Positions 29,733 to 39,426 of a DNA stretch of 64,000 nt are shown here, one piece after another. The notes under the pieces were generated by a model. That model made no database searches, was not told the DNA's origin, and saw only the letters and a list, made by a program, of their open reading frames with translations. The stretch is from assembly GCA_039797585.1 (NCBI GenBank), contig JBDKHQ010000082.1, forward strand, positions 2,693-66,692, written 5' to 3'. Source of the DNA: Pseudomonadota bacterium (GTDB lineage: Bacteria; Pseudomonadota; Gammaproteobacteria; Diplorickettsiales; Diplorickettsiaceae). Position numbers and translations under genes: made by a program. Each line of letters begins with the position of its first letter. The first letter of the stretch is position 1.

Positions 29733-30818
29733 ATGACAAAAAAAATTAAGATTATTTTTACCGGTGGTGGCTCATCAGGACACGTTACACCCAGTTTGCC
29801 TTTAATATCAACTTTACAGAATAAAAATGCAGATATCTTCTATGTTGGTTCTAAAAAAGGTATAGAGCATTCGCTTATTAAACCTTTAAAAATTCGCTAC
29901 TACGCTATTACGGTTGGCAAATTACATCGGTATTGGACATGGAAAAATTTATTAACTCCCTTCAAATTATTGGTAGGTATTACACAAAGTTTCCTAATTT
30001 GCCGAAAAATTAAGCCCGATGTTATTTTTTCAAAAGGTGGTTTTGTTACTTTGCCGGTCGTTATCGCAGCTAAATTAAATGGCATTCCTGTGGTGATTCA
30101 CGAATCTGATTTAACTCCTGGTTTAGCCAATCGTCTCAGCTTTCCTTTTGCAAAATTGATTTGCATTACATTTCCTGAAACCGTTAAGTATTTTAAGAAT
30201 ACTTCTAAAGTATTATTGACAGGTATGCCTATTCGCAATTCTTTACTACATGGAAATCCAGAAAAAGGTTTAAAATTTTGTGGTTTTGCAGATAAACAAA
30301 AACCGGTTTTACTAATCATGGGGGGTGGTTTGGGTTCGACCATTGTAAATAAGTGTATTCGTCGTCTAATAAATCCCCTAACAGCAAAATTTCAAGTTAT
30401 TCATATTTGCGGTAAAAATAAATCCGATCCTGCTTTTGCAGAAATTAAAGATTATAAACAATTCGAATATTTACAAGATGAATTTGCTGATGTTCTAGCT
30501 AGTGCGGATTTAGTGATTAGCCGAGCGGGCGCAACCTCTATTTACGAGTTATGGGCCTTAAATAAGCCAAATATTTTGTTACCTTTATCCAAAAAAGCGA
30601 GTCGAGGAGATCAAATTGACAATGCAAAATACTTCGCTCAACAAGGTCTAAGTAAGGTTATCTACTTTGAAGAATTTTCAGATGAGAAATTACTCGAGAC
30701 ACTGTCCGAAAGCTATGAAAATTTGGATCAGTTAAAAAGTCGCTTAAGCCAATTCAAACAGCTCAATGCTACCCAAATAATCATTGACAAACTAGTATAT
30801 TTTTCGTTCAATCGATAG
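29733..30818 (+). CDS. GT28 glycosyltransferase, MurG homologue of the streptococcal/lactobacillales sequence type
   Basis: GGGSSGHVTP, GKLHRYWTWKN, FSKGGFVTLPVVIAA, HESDLTPGLANR, SRAGATSIYE, ASRGDQIDNAKYF. These blocks match my recollection of S. pneumoniae-type MurG far better than E. coli or Coxiella-type MurG. It is not in a dcw cluster. Confidence 0.7.
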   Translation: MTKKIKIIFTGGGSSGHVTPSLPLISTLQNKNADIFYVGSKKGIEHSLIKPLKIRYYAITVGKLHRYWTWKNLLTPFKLLVGITQSFLICRKIKPDVIFSKGGFVTLPVVIAAKLNGIPVVIHESDLTPGLANRLSFPFAKLICITFPETVKYFKNTSKVLLTGMPIRNSLLHGNPEKGLKFCGFADKQKPVLLIMGGGLGSTIVNKCIRRLINPLTAKFQVIHICGKNKSDPAFAEIKDYKQFEYLQDEFADVLASADLVISRAGATSIYELWALNKPNILLPLSKKASRGDQIDNAKYFAQQGLSKVIYFEEFSDEKLLETLSESYENLDQLKSRLSQFKQLNATQIIIDKLVYFSFNR

Positions 30819-30854
30819 AATTTTTAAGTGTTAGATTATAAAAATTAAGTCCAG

Positions 30855-32156
30855 ATGAAAGCATTTTTATTCATTATTTTATGCTCCCAGTTACTTTTTT
30901 CACAAATAGTAAAAGCTCAGGCAGCACCCATAGAGACTCAAATAAAAGCTTACATTGCTGAGCAGCAATCAGAACAACTTTCTTTATTAGAAAAGATGGT
31001 CAACATTAATAGCGGTACGGCTAATATTGCGGGCGTTCGTCAAATAGGCGAAATCTTAAAGCCTTTGTTCGAGCAACTTGGTTTTAAGACCTATTGGGTT
31101 GAAGAACCGAGTGATATGAATCGAGCAGGAACTCTAGTTGCCGAACATCTAGGCACAAAAGGAAAAAGGATACTAATAATTGGACACCTAGATACGGTAT
31201 TTGCCAAGGAAAGTTTATTTCAGAAATTTGAACGTCACGGAGACAAAGCGACTGGTCCCGGTGTCATCGATGATAAAGGCGGAGATGTGGTAATTCTTTA
31301 TGCCTTAAAGTCATTGCAGGATGCCAATGTTTTGGATGGTATGAATATTTCGGTCGTATTAACCGGAGATGAGGAAGATTCAGGAAAACCGACCCATATT
31401 TCGAGAAAACCATTATTTAAAGCAGCTCAACAGAGTGATGTTGCTTTAGGTTTTGAATGGGCTACGCTCCCCAATACCGTAACTATTGCCCGTCGTGGTG
31501 TTGCCCATTGGCAGATAAATACGCAAGGTAATGGCGGGCATTCATTGGGAATATTTCAAAACCCAGCAGGTTATGGTGCTATTTTTGAATTAACTCGCAT
31601 TCTTGATACGATGCGTAATCAAATGGGCGCAGAGAAAGATTTATCTTTTAGTCCTGGACTTATATTAGCTGGGACTAGCATTAATTATAATAAGGACAAT
31701 TTTGGAGGTGAAGCTTATGGAAAAGATAATATTATTGCTAAAACTGCAATGGTGGCAGGTGATCTACGTTTTATAACTCCTCAACAGGAAGTTAACGCTA
31801 AAGAGAAAATCTCGAAGATAGTTAATCAACATTTACCGGGCACTATGGCAACTGTTAACTTTCAGGAAGGAATTCCAAGTATGCCCCCCACAGCTAATAA
31901 TATTGAACTACTCAAAAAATATAGCGACGTTAGTATCAGCTTGGGTTATGGTCCTGTCAGACCTCTCGATCCAGGATTGCGTGGGGCAGCTGATATCTCA
32001 CATATTGCCGCGATTACACAAGCTAATTTAGATGGCTTAGGTCCTGTTGGTACGGGTGCTCATTCAGAAAAAGAAACATTGGATATTAAATCTTTGCCAA
32101 TACAAACACAAAAAGCCGCTATATTAATGTATCGTTTAAGTAACAATACTGAATAG
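30855..32156 (+). CDS. secreted M20-family metallopeptidase, carboxypeptidase G2-like
   Basis: Signal peptide, GHLDTVF, the Zn-bridging Asp in GPGVIDDKGG, and LTGDEEDSG. 433 aa. Confidence 0.8.
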   Translation: MKAFLFIILCSQLLFSQIVKAQAAPIETQIKAYIAEQQSEQLSLLEKMVNINSGTANIAGVRQIGEILKPLFEQLGFKTYWVEEPSDMNRAGTLVAEHLGTKGKRILIIGHLDTVFAKESLFQKFERHGDKATGPGVIDDKGGDVVILYALKSLQDANVLDGMNISVVLTGDEEDSGKPTHISRKPLFKAAQQSDVALGFEWATLPNTVTIARRGVAHWQINTQGNGGHSLGIFQNPAGYGAIFELTRILDTMRNQMGAEKDLSFSPGLILAGTSINYNKDNFGGEAYGKDNIIAKTAMVAGDLRFITPQQEVNAKEKISKIVNQHLPGTMATVNFQEGIPSMPPTANNIELLKKYSDVSISLGYGPVRPLDPGLRGAADISHIAAITQANLDGLGPVGTGAHSEKETLDIKSLPIQTQKAAILMYRLSNNTE

Positions 32157-32161
32157 GGTCT

Positions 32162-34582
32162 CTACTTTTTTTCCACTTTATAAAATAGATCTAAGCCATT
32201 AGCAAAGTTACTACTGGTAGTTTGTAAAGAAAAATTTTTGTTTAAAAGATAATTTATGTTTAAAATACTGATTTGATCGAGTAAACCTAGACTATAAGAG
32301 ATGTTAAGCTTCGGCGAAAGATTTTTGCCAACTATTAACGAAGTATTTTGCTGTAAGCGATTGGTATTGGGATTAAAAATTGGTTTGGTGCCAATAGTCA
32401 ATTGATCCAAACCTATTTCCTGTTGCACTTTGTTAACGAGTTGACCAATATTATTTTTTTCACTTCCTAAGTTGGTAGCCGCATTTAATAATAATTGCGT
32501 ACTTGCAGCACCTAGTTGATTACTCGCCTGACCGGTAATTAAATATGAAAGCATATCTAATTGCGAATTAATGATGTTAGAAGGATTGGCGAATAAAATG
32601 ATATGAGGATTTTGTAGTGTCCCTCTCACATGTACACCTATTTCTAAATGAATAGGCATAGATTGAGAGGAAAAAAGAGCGGATTGAATAAAATTATTAG
32701 AGCCAAGCTTAGATTTAACATCAGTGGAGGTATCAGGATTGGCTACAGGCAAGATTAAAATATTTCGACTTGCTGTAATATTTACTCCAGGATTATTAAT
32801 AGGCGTATTGGCAAAATTTAGTGAAGAATTAGGTTTTAATTTTAAGCTTTGACCGTAATAACTATACACTCCTGGAAAAAGTTTTAACTGTCCTGTCGCT
32901 AATATAGGATGATCCGAATCCTGATTCACTGTAAGTGAACCCTTTAATTTAGTATTAAGTCCGTGATATTGAAACTGAATATCGTCACCTGCTTCCATTT
33001 TAATAGAATTTTTCAAAATAAAAGGTAAGCTTAAAGTTGACCTCTTATCCCCTTCAAACACTACGTCATTAGATAAGTCAATTAAGTTGTTATTTTTAGG
33101 ATTAATTTTAATTCTGGCTTTTGGAAATAAAATAGTGCCATCAGTTTCAATTTGTTGAATATTGGCGCGAATTTTTAATTTAGGAGTAGCAGTAATTTGA
33201 TATTCTGGATTATTAATAATAGTTATATCTTTTCCTTGTAAATCGATTAATGATGTTAAATTTTGTTTTGAAAGATCCGTTGTTGTATGGAGTTCTAAGG
33301 ATCCCTTTCCAGATTGAATTTGGCCGGCGCCTAGTAAATGATTCTTATAGGTATGTAACTGATAGTTTATATTTTTTAAATTAAGGCCTAAAACAGGAAT
33401 GTCTAAGCTGGCTTGCTGAAGATTAAGCGTTAGATTGAATAGCGGTTTACTTATTGAACCTGAAATTTTTAATTGAGTATAAAAAGTACCTTTATTATGT
33501 TTAACATCAGGAAATAATTGTGTCAAAAAACTTAAATCTTTTAAGTTTAAATCAATGTTAGCATGTATCGGCTGCGTGGCCTTCAGCCATGAGCATGTTT
33601 GGTAATTAGGTAGTAATAAGTGAGCGAATAATTGGTTCTTATTACCCTTAAATGTTTGTACTGAAGTTTCTAATCCGTATTTAGATATATAACTCTTAAT
33701 TTGTGTATTAGGAATTATTATTTTAGGAAACTGTTCATTTTGATTGAATTTATTTAGTTTAAATTCAGATAAATTTCCTTGGAGAGAGAATGGAGATAAA
33801 GCTCCAGATAGTTTTAATTGTATTGGTGTAAACTGATATGATGTATTAGTCAGCTCATCCGTGCCTAAATTAAAAAGCCATTTTTTATTTCTAGTATCTA
33901 CATTCAACTCAGCCTGAATTCGTTTAAATTGCCATTCTTTCCATTCCAGATTTGTTTTCTGAAAAATTATGTTAAATTCAGGCTGTTGGAAAATTCCGTT
34001 TATCGTACCTTGCAAAGCTACTTTACCTTGTAGATTGGGAATCAAACTTGTAGGATTCTTAATGTTTAATTGCCAATTAATATGCCATTGTTGTTGAATA
34101 GAGCCTTGTAATTCTAGATGTATGCTGTCTGATTGAACATTCATTTCATGAATAACAACAGAATCAAATTTTAAAAAACGAAAAATTTTTGGAATTTTAA
34201 AGGGTTTTTTCTGATAAGGTTTTGATTTTTTTTGATTAGATTCATGATTTAAAAAAATATTTAAATTATCAATAAAAATTGTTCCTAAGTTTAATTTTCC
34301 TCGTAATAAATCGCGCCAATAACCGTCAAATTCCGCTTCAGAAATAGTGAGGTTAAGATTATTATTTTGATAGGTTAATTCTTTCAGTTGAATTGGACCT
34401 AACAGTCGTCCATGTATAACGTTTATTTTTAATTGACCTGGCAGGAATTGTTTTCCGACTGATACAACAGTTTCTAAACCTCTTTCTGTGTTAAGAAGGA
34501 TATAAGTGCTCAATAAAAAAACACTGATTAATAAGCTCCCCAGCCACCATCTAACCCACAATAATTTCTTGTTGTCTCTCAT
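32162..34582 (-). CDS. tamB: translocation and assembly module subunit TamB-like (short, 806 aa)
   Basis: N-terminal signal-anchor, a long Asn/Gln-rich beta-repeat body, and a C-terminal DUF490-like end (...LDLFYKVEKK). ATGA overlap with the upstream tamA. Confidence 0.7.
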   Translation of the reverse strand: MRDNKKLLWVRWWLGSLLISVFLLSTYILLNTERGLETVVSVGKQFLPGQLKINVIHGRLLGPIQLKELTYQNNNLNLTISEAEFDGYWRDLLRGKLNLGTIFIDNLNIFLNHESNQKKSKPYQKKPFKIPKIFRFLKFDSVVIHEMNVQSDSIHLELQGSIQQQWHINWQLNIKNPTSLIPNLQGKVALQGTINGIFQQPEFNIIFQKTNLEWKEWQFKRIQAELNVDTRNKKWLFNLGTDELTNTSYQFTPIQLKLSGALSPFSLQGNLSEFKLNKFNQNEQFPKIIIPNTQIKSYISKYGLETSVQTFKGNKNQLFAHLLLPNYQTCSWLKATQPIHANIDLNLKDLSFLTQLFPDVKHNKGTFYTQLKISGSISKPLFNLTLNLQQASLDIPVLGLNLKNINYQLHTYKNHLLGAGQIQSGKGSLELHTTTDLSKQNLTSLIDLQGKDITIINNPEYQITATPKLKIRANIQQIETDGTILFPKARIKINPKNNNLIDLSNDVVFEGDKRSTLSLPFILKNSIKMEAGDDIQFQYHGLNTKLKGSLTVNQDSDHPILATGQLKLFPGVYSYYGQSLKLKPNSSLNFANTPINNPGVNITASRNILILPVANPDTSTDVKSKLGSNNFIQSALFSSQSMPIHLEIGVHVRGTLQNPHIILFANPSNIINSQLDMLSYLITGQASNQLGAASTQLLLNAATNLGSEKNNIGQLVNKVQQEIGLDQLTIGTKPIFNPNTNRLQQNTSLIVGKNLSPKLNISYSLGLLDQISILNINYLLNKNFSLQTTSSNFANGLDLFYKVEKK

Positions 34583-36300
34583 AAGAAATCAAACCCCATC
34601 GTAAATTGAAATCTTATCGGGTGGCCAGGAAGATCCAAGGCTTTACCTACGGTAACTTCCATGGGTCCTAAAGGAGATGCCCAAACTAAGCCAATACCTG
34701 ATCCTTTTTGCAAATTAATGGGGAAATTGTTAACGGCATTTCCAGTGTCAAAGAAAATGGCACCATAAAAATTATTAATAAGACGGTGCTGATATTCGAC
34801 ACTTCCGGTCATTAAATAACGGGCAGGACCTAATGATTGATACGCATATCCACGTATACTTTGACTTCCCCCAGCATAAAAAAGCAAAGAAGGAGGGAAA
34901 TTTTCCAGATTAGGAGTTAGTGTATAACCGACATTACCGCGAAACAATAAGCGACTATTATCATCCCAGCTAAGAATATATTTTCCTTGTATTTCTGTTT
35001 GTAAAAAGCTGGTATTAGATAATAAATTTTTATCTGCACCTTGTAATCTAAAATTTAACTGATATCCATGTAGCGCAAAAAGTGGATTATCAAAGTTACT
35101 ATAGGATAAATTTATACCCGGAGTTAACAAATGCGAATTAGTCTTAGGTTGATTTAGATAATTAAAACGTTCGATTTGATAATTTAAAAATAAATTCCGT
35201 TTCCATCCTCTCCATTTATCTAGGCTGCTTATTCCCAATTGCTGGGTGGTAGTAGTTACTTGAGTGAGTTTTTTTCTCACAATAGCAAAATTAATATTAT
35301 AATTATCAGTATTGGGATGTTTTCCAGGAATTGTGTAAGTCGTTTGTAGACTGTTTTGTATTTTAGATAACTGACTAAAAACACTTAAACGGTGACCTGC
35401 TTTATTAAGATAACGAGATTCCCAACCTAAAGTTCCACGAATCCCCACATCCGTGCCATAACCTATCCCTGTTGTATATTGCTGAGATGGACGAGGAGAT
35501 AATATAAAATTAATGGGTAAATCAGTATTTTGTTTACTGATCGGTGAATCAGGAATCGATACGCTTTGAAAATACCCGCTTTTATTTAAATTATCTTGAA
35601 GTTTTAAAAGCTTTGTTGAAGAATAAGGGTCACCCGATTTAAAAGGGACATAACGTTGTAATAAACTATTGTTAAGTATTGATTGCTGGAAACTAATAGG
35701 ACCAAAATAATAACGTGGGCCGATATTTAAAGTTAGGAAGAGCTTGGCTGTGTAAGCTCGACGGTTAATTAAAATGATATGTTTAGAAAAATAGGCAGAA
35801 AGGTAGCCTTCGGCAACAATCTTTGCTAGTAATTTTTGTTTTGCCTCCTCATAGGCTTCGCTATTAAAGATATCACCTCTATGTAATGGAAAATCAGCCA
35901 TTAATTTTGTTATTTTTGGATTTGGTTTTGTATCCTCTGCAGAAATATTTAAAGTTGTGATTTTTAACGGAGGGCCTACAGAAATTTGATATTTAGCATC
36001 CCAGTCGCCATCTATTTTTTTTAATGAATGATTAATAGATGGCTTGAAATACCCATAAGCCTCCAAAGTCTGTTTAATGTCAGAAACAGAGTGTTGATAC
36101 CAGAATTGAACATCTTGAGTAGAAGGATTTACTAGGCTTTGTAGGCTACTATCCAGGCGATGTTGAACAAGGCTCATAAGGTCTTGATTGAGGCCTTGTA
36201 TTTGATAAATCACGCGAGGATATTCTGCATATCCCAAAGGGATAAAAAGGATATTTACTAGTGCCAAGCAAGCTACAGCCAATCTTATTTTTCTTATCAT
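34579..36300 (-). CDS. tamA: translocation and assembly module outer-membrane subunit TamA (Omp85 family)
   Basis: Signal peptide, POTRA-like N-terminus, a 16-strand barrel region with the Omp85 hallmark (GGSQSIRGY), and a C-terminal aromatic residue (…GFDFL). Confidence 0.85.
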   Translation of the reverse strand: MIRKIRLAVACLALVNILFIPLGYAEYPRVIYQIQGLNQDLMSLVQHRLDSSLQSLVNPSTQDVQFWYQHSVSDIKQTLEAYGYFKPSINHSLKKIDGDWDAKYQISVGPPLKITTLNISAEDTKPNPKITKLMADFPLHRGDIFNSEAYEEAKQKLLAKIVAEGYLSAYFSKHIILINRRAYTAKLFLTLNIGPRYYFGPISFQQSILNNSLLQRYVPFKSGDPYSSTKLLKLQDNLNKSGYFQSVSIPDSPISKQNTDLPINFILSPRPSQQYTTGIGYGTDVGIRGTLGWESRYLNKAGHRLSVFSQLSKIQNSLQTTYTIPGKHPNTDNYNINFAIVRKKLTQVTTTTQQLGISSLDKWRGWKRNLFLNYQIERFNYLNQPKTNSHLLTPGINLSYSNFDNPLFALHGYQLNFRLQGADKNLLSNTSFLQTEIQGKYILSWDDNSRLLFRGNVGYTLTPNLENFPPSLLFYAGGSQSIRGYAYQSLGPARYLMTGSVEYQHRLINNFYGAIFFDTGNAVNNFPINLQKGSGIGLVWASPLGPMEVTVGKALDLPGHPIRFQFTMGFDFL

Positions 36301-37259
36301 ATTAGGTTAATTAAATACCTAATATGTGCTGATAAGTAAAGCCTATAAGCCTAGAAACGGCTTATAAAGTATAATTTTCTGTGTTTTATGACTTTTCGGG
36401 GGGAAATAGCCATTTTTAAACAGAAACATAAAGAAAGGTATATTTGTAATAAAAAAGCTTACAAAGATATTGGTTATACTTGGAAGTACTTCTGTGTAGC
36501 TTGGATTAGATCTTCCGTATCGCCGACTGCTCTAAAAAACGATTGGCATGCCTGATTTGGAATGGATAATTCACTCCTATCATTTGAGGTTATTTTTGTT
36601 TCAAGTGCGCCCAGGAAATCAATTTTACCTGGCGTTTTGGTTCTTCAGGCCAAAAACGTTCAAAAAAGCTGTTTCTGGAGCTTGTTATTTGTTGTTGAAG
36701 ACGGCATTTTTAACTTTCAATTTCTTCAAATTAAGTCAAAGGTTTTACCTAGATTTTTATTTTTAGCGCTAGCAAAATGATAAAGAGCAAACAAACTCGC
36801 TATAGCGTCGGGGATAATAACCAGTGGAAACAAAATTGGAGCAAGAATTTTTTTAAATATCGATCCTATTTGGTAAATATTTGACTTAAAAACAAAGATG
36901 GTGCTGAGTATGGCATTTTGGAAGAAGAAATTGGCAGATTCTGATATTCTTAAGGGTTTACTCATTCTCTTATACCTTACCTTCAAATTCTCAATAATCA
37001 AAAGCCTTTAATCAATTTGCGCTACCAAACCAGCCGCACTTTACCGTAAACTAAAGCGAAAATAAAGTTTAAAGCAAAAAACTACGATAGAAATTTTTGG
37101 TGAATTAGTTATTATCCTATAAATAATCAAGTATTTGCAGTATATTATTAAACCACTAAAATGATTTACAGGTTCTTTTTATCTGGACTTATATTAAAAG
37201 CTAATATTAGTATATAACCGAAACTGCATTACTTCTAAACTGTATAAGGCGTTTACACC

Positions 37260-38453
37260 ATGTTTAAGCGATACTCACTGTGTTTTACTCTCATATTCTT
37301 AATATCGGGGCTATTCGGCTCAGTATGCAAAGCTGACCCAGTGATACCAATAACAGCTCCCGCTGCCGCACAACCTATATTGACACCGATTGCTCCTAGC
37401 ATAAATGCTAAAGCTTACCTGTTGATGGATGCCTATAGCGGTAAAGTTTTAGCAAGTGAAAATATTGATGAGCGCGTAGCGCCTGCCAGCTTAACTAAAA
37501 TGATGACTTCTTATGTTGTGTCTATGGCTTTGCAACAAGGGCATATGCATCCCGCTGATTTAGTGACAATTAGTGAAGCAGCTTGGAAAACAGGTGGTTC
37601 AAAAATGTTCGTTAAGGTCGGTGACAAGGTCAGTGTGCAAGACTTAATGCAAGGCATGATAGTTGATTCTGGTAATGATGCCTGTGTGGCCATGGCAGAG
37701 TATGTCGCAGGAAGTCAGGAGTCTTTTGTTAATTTAATGAATCAGCAAGCAGCAAGACTTGGCATGATGAATACTCATTTTGTTGATGTAGATGGATTAC
37801 CCGATCCTAACCATTATTCCACTGCACGTGATATGTCTATTTTGGCGCGCGCATTAATCCTTGATTTTCCTGAAGATTACAAATGGTATTCGCAAAAATG
37901 GTTTTCCTACAATGGAATTAAACAGCCTAATCGCAATCGTTTGTTATGGCGTGACCCGGATGTGGATGGAATTAAAACAGGTCATACTAATGAAGCTGGT
38001 TTTTGTTTAGCTGCTTCAGGTCAAAAAAACGGTTTGCGTTTAATTACCATTGTTATGGGCGCACCTTCGGATGAAATGCGCGCGCAAGATAGCCAAAAAT
38101 TACTAACTTATGGTTTTCGTTTTTTTGAATCCCATAAGTTATATAATGCGGGGGTTAATTTGGCCACAACTAGGGTTTGGTTTGCGCAACGGCCTCAAAT
38201 TAAAGTTGGTTTAGCGCAAGATCTCTATGCAACACTTCCACTCGGTTCAAATAAAAAACCTGCAACGACTATGACTTTTACTCCCAATTTAAAAGCGCCG
38301 ATTAATAAAGGAGAAGTCATTGGTCAAATCAATGTCGTATTAAATGATAAATCGGTTGCGTCTGCTCCACTCATTGCATTGGAAAGTTTATCAAAAGCGG
38401 GTATATGGCGAAGTTTAGTCGATCGTACCAATCTATTATTTAATAAGATTTAA
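37260..38453 (+). CDS. D-alanyl-D-alanine carboxypeptidase (PBP5/6 class, DacA/DacC-like)
   Basis: Signal peptide, SLTKMMT (SxxK), SGND (SxN), KTGHT (KTG), and a C-terminal amphipathic anchor. Confidence 0.9.
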   Translation: MFKRYSLCFTLIFLISGLFGSVCKADPVIPITAPAAAQPILTPIAPSINAKAYLLMDAYSGKVLASENIDERVAPASLTKMMTSYVVSMALQQGHMHPADLVTISEAAWKTGGSKMFVKVGDKVSVQDLMQGMIVDSGNDACVAMAEYVAGSQESFVNLMNQQAARLGMMNTHFVDVDGLPDPNHYSTARDMSILARALILDFPEDYKWYSQKWFSYNGIKQPNRNRLLWRDPDVDGIKTGHTNEAGFCLAASGQKNGLRLITIVMGAPSDEMRAQDSQKLLTYGFRFFESHKLYNAGVNLATTRVWFAQRPQIKVGLAQDLYATLPLGSNKKPATTMTFTPNLKAPINKGEVIGQINVVLNDKSVASAPLIALESLSKAGIWRSLVDRTNLLFNKI

Positions 38454-38472
38454 GCTTCTAGAAAAACGATTT

Positions 38473-38489
38473 AATTCAAGTGCGAAGAA
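38473..38489 (+). repeat. 17-mer AATTCAAGTGCGAAGAA, copy 2
   Basis: Identical to 8485-8501. Here AAGTGCG (38478-38484) also pairs with CGCACTT (38495-38501) as a 7-bp hairpin. Confidence 0.6.
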
Positions 38490-38529
38490 TATATGCGCAC
38501 TTATTAATAGGAATGTGCGAAATATATTT

Positions 38530-39423
38530 ATGAACAATTTGTTTAAGTTCTTAAGAGCTGGGCTCACGGCGACTTTGTATTTCGTTATTCTTACTGTTTG
38601 GTTTATCCCGTTAGCGATAGTGGGTTTACTGCGATTTATTATTCCTTTAAAAAAATGGCGACAATTTACCAAGAAATTAATGGAGCTTTTACATGCGGTT
38701 TGGTTACGCAGTAATTATTTTCTTTTAAAATGGATAACTCATACTAAATGGGAGATCAAAGGATTAGAGCAGTTACATTATAAAGAATGGTATTTACTCA
38801 TTTCTAATCATCAATCCTGGGCAGATATACTTATTTTACAGTGTATTTTTAGCGGTAAAATTCCCCCCCTGAAATTTTTTCTAAAAAAGGAGTTGCTTTG
38901 GACTTTGCCGATAGTAAGCTGGGCATGTTGGTTATTAGATTTTCCATTTATGCATCGGTATAGCAAAGCTAAACTAACCAAGTATCCAGAACTTAAAAAT
39001 AAGGATATTGAAGAAACTAAAAAAACCAGCGCCAAATTCAAAATTACGCCAACTACCGTGGCTAATTTTGTTGAAGGGACGCGATTTTCACAGCAAAAAA
39101 GAGAATTACAAGGATCGCCGTATGAGTATTTACTACGCCCTAAAGCAGCAGGTATGGCTTTTAGCCTTGCTGTTTTGGGTAATTTTTTTCATAAAATTCT
39201 TAACGTTACAATTATTTATCCTCCTCATCACGCCAACTTATTAGATTTCTTATCAGGAAATATAGAAAAAATAATCGTTGAGGTAGAAACAATACCTATT
39301 ACTAAAGATTGGTCAGGTGATTATGAAAATGACCGTCAATATCGCATATACTTTCAAAAAAAACTGAACGAACTATGGGAAAGAAAAGATCAGCTTATCA
39401 AAACTCGGCTGCAAAACTTTTAA
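38530..39423 (+). CDS. PlsC-family lysophospholipid acyltransferase (YihG-like)
   Basis: HX4D motif NHQSWADI, FVEGTRF, and an N-terminal TM segment. I prefer the ATG at 38530 over the GTG at 38515. Confidence 0.8.
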   Translation: MNNLFKFLRAGLTATLYFVILTVWFIPLAIVGLLRFIIPLKKWRQFTKKLMELLHAVWLRSNYFLLKWITHTKWEIKGLEQLHYKEWYLLISNHQSWADILILQCIFSGKIPPLKFFLKKELLWTLPIVSWACWLLDFPFMHRYSKAKLTKYPELKNKDIEETKKTSAKFKITPTTVANFVEGTRFSQQKRELQGSPYEYLLRPKAAGMAFSLAVLGNFFHKILNVTIIYPPHHANLLDFLSGNIEKIIVEVETIPITKDWSGDYENDRQYRIYFQKKLNELWERKDQLIKTRLQNF

Positions 39424-39426
39424 TAC

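Noticed and set aside
36548-37001. Three small ORFs in the long tamA/dac spacer (36548-36766 +, 36562-36780 +, 36726-37001 -) as possible genes.
   Set aside because: The two + ORFs overlap each other in different frames. None has an SD, a homology signal or a convincing protein-like composition. I kept the region as a finding but did not call any CDS.
38863-38869. C7 homopolymer inside the acyltransferase gene, and G6 runs at ~45866 and ~36393, as potential phase-variation tracts.
   Set aside because: The C7 run encodes Pro-Pro in an intact frame. The tracts are short and there is no evidence of frameshifted alleles. Only population data could support this.
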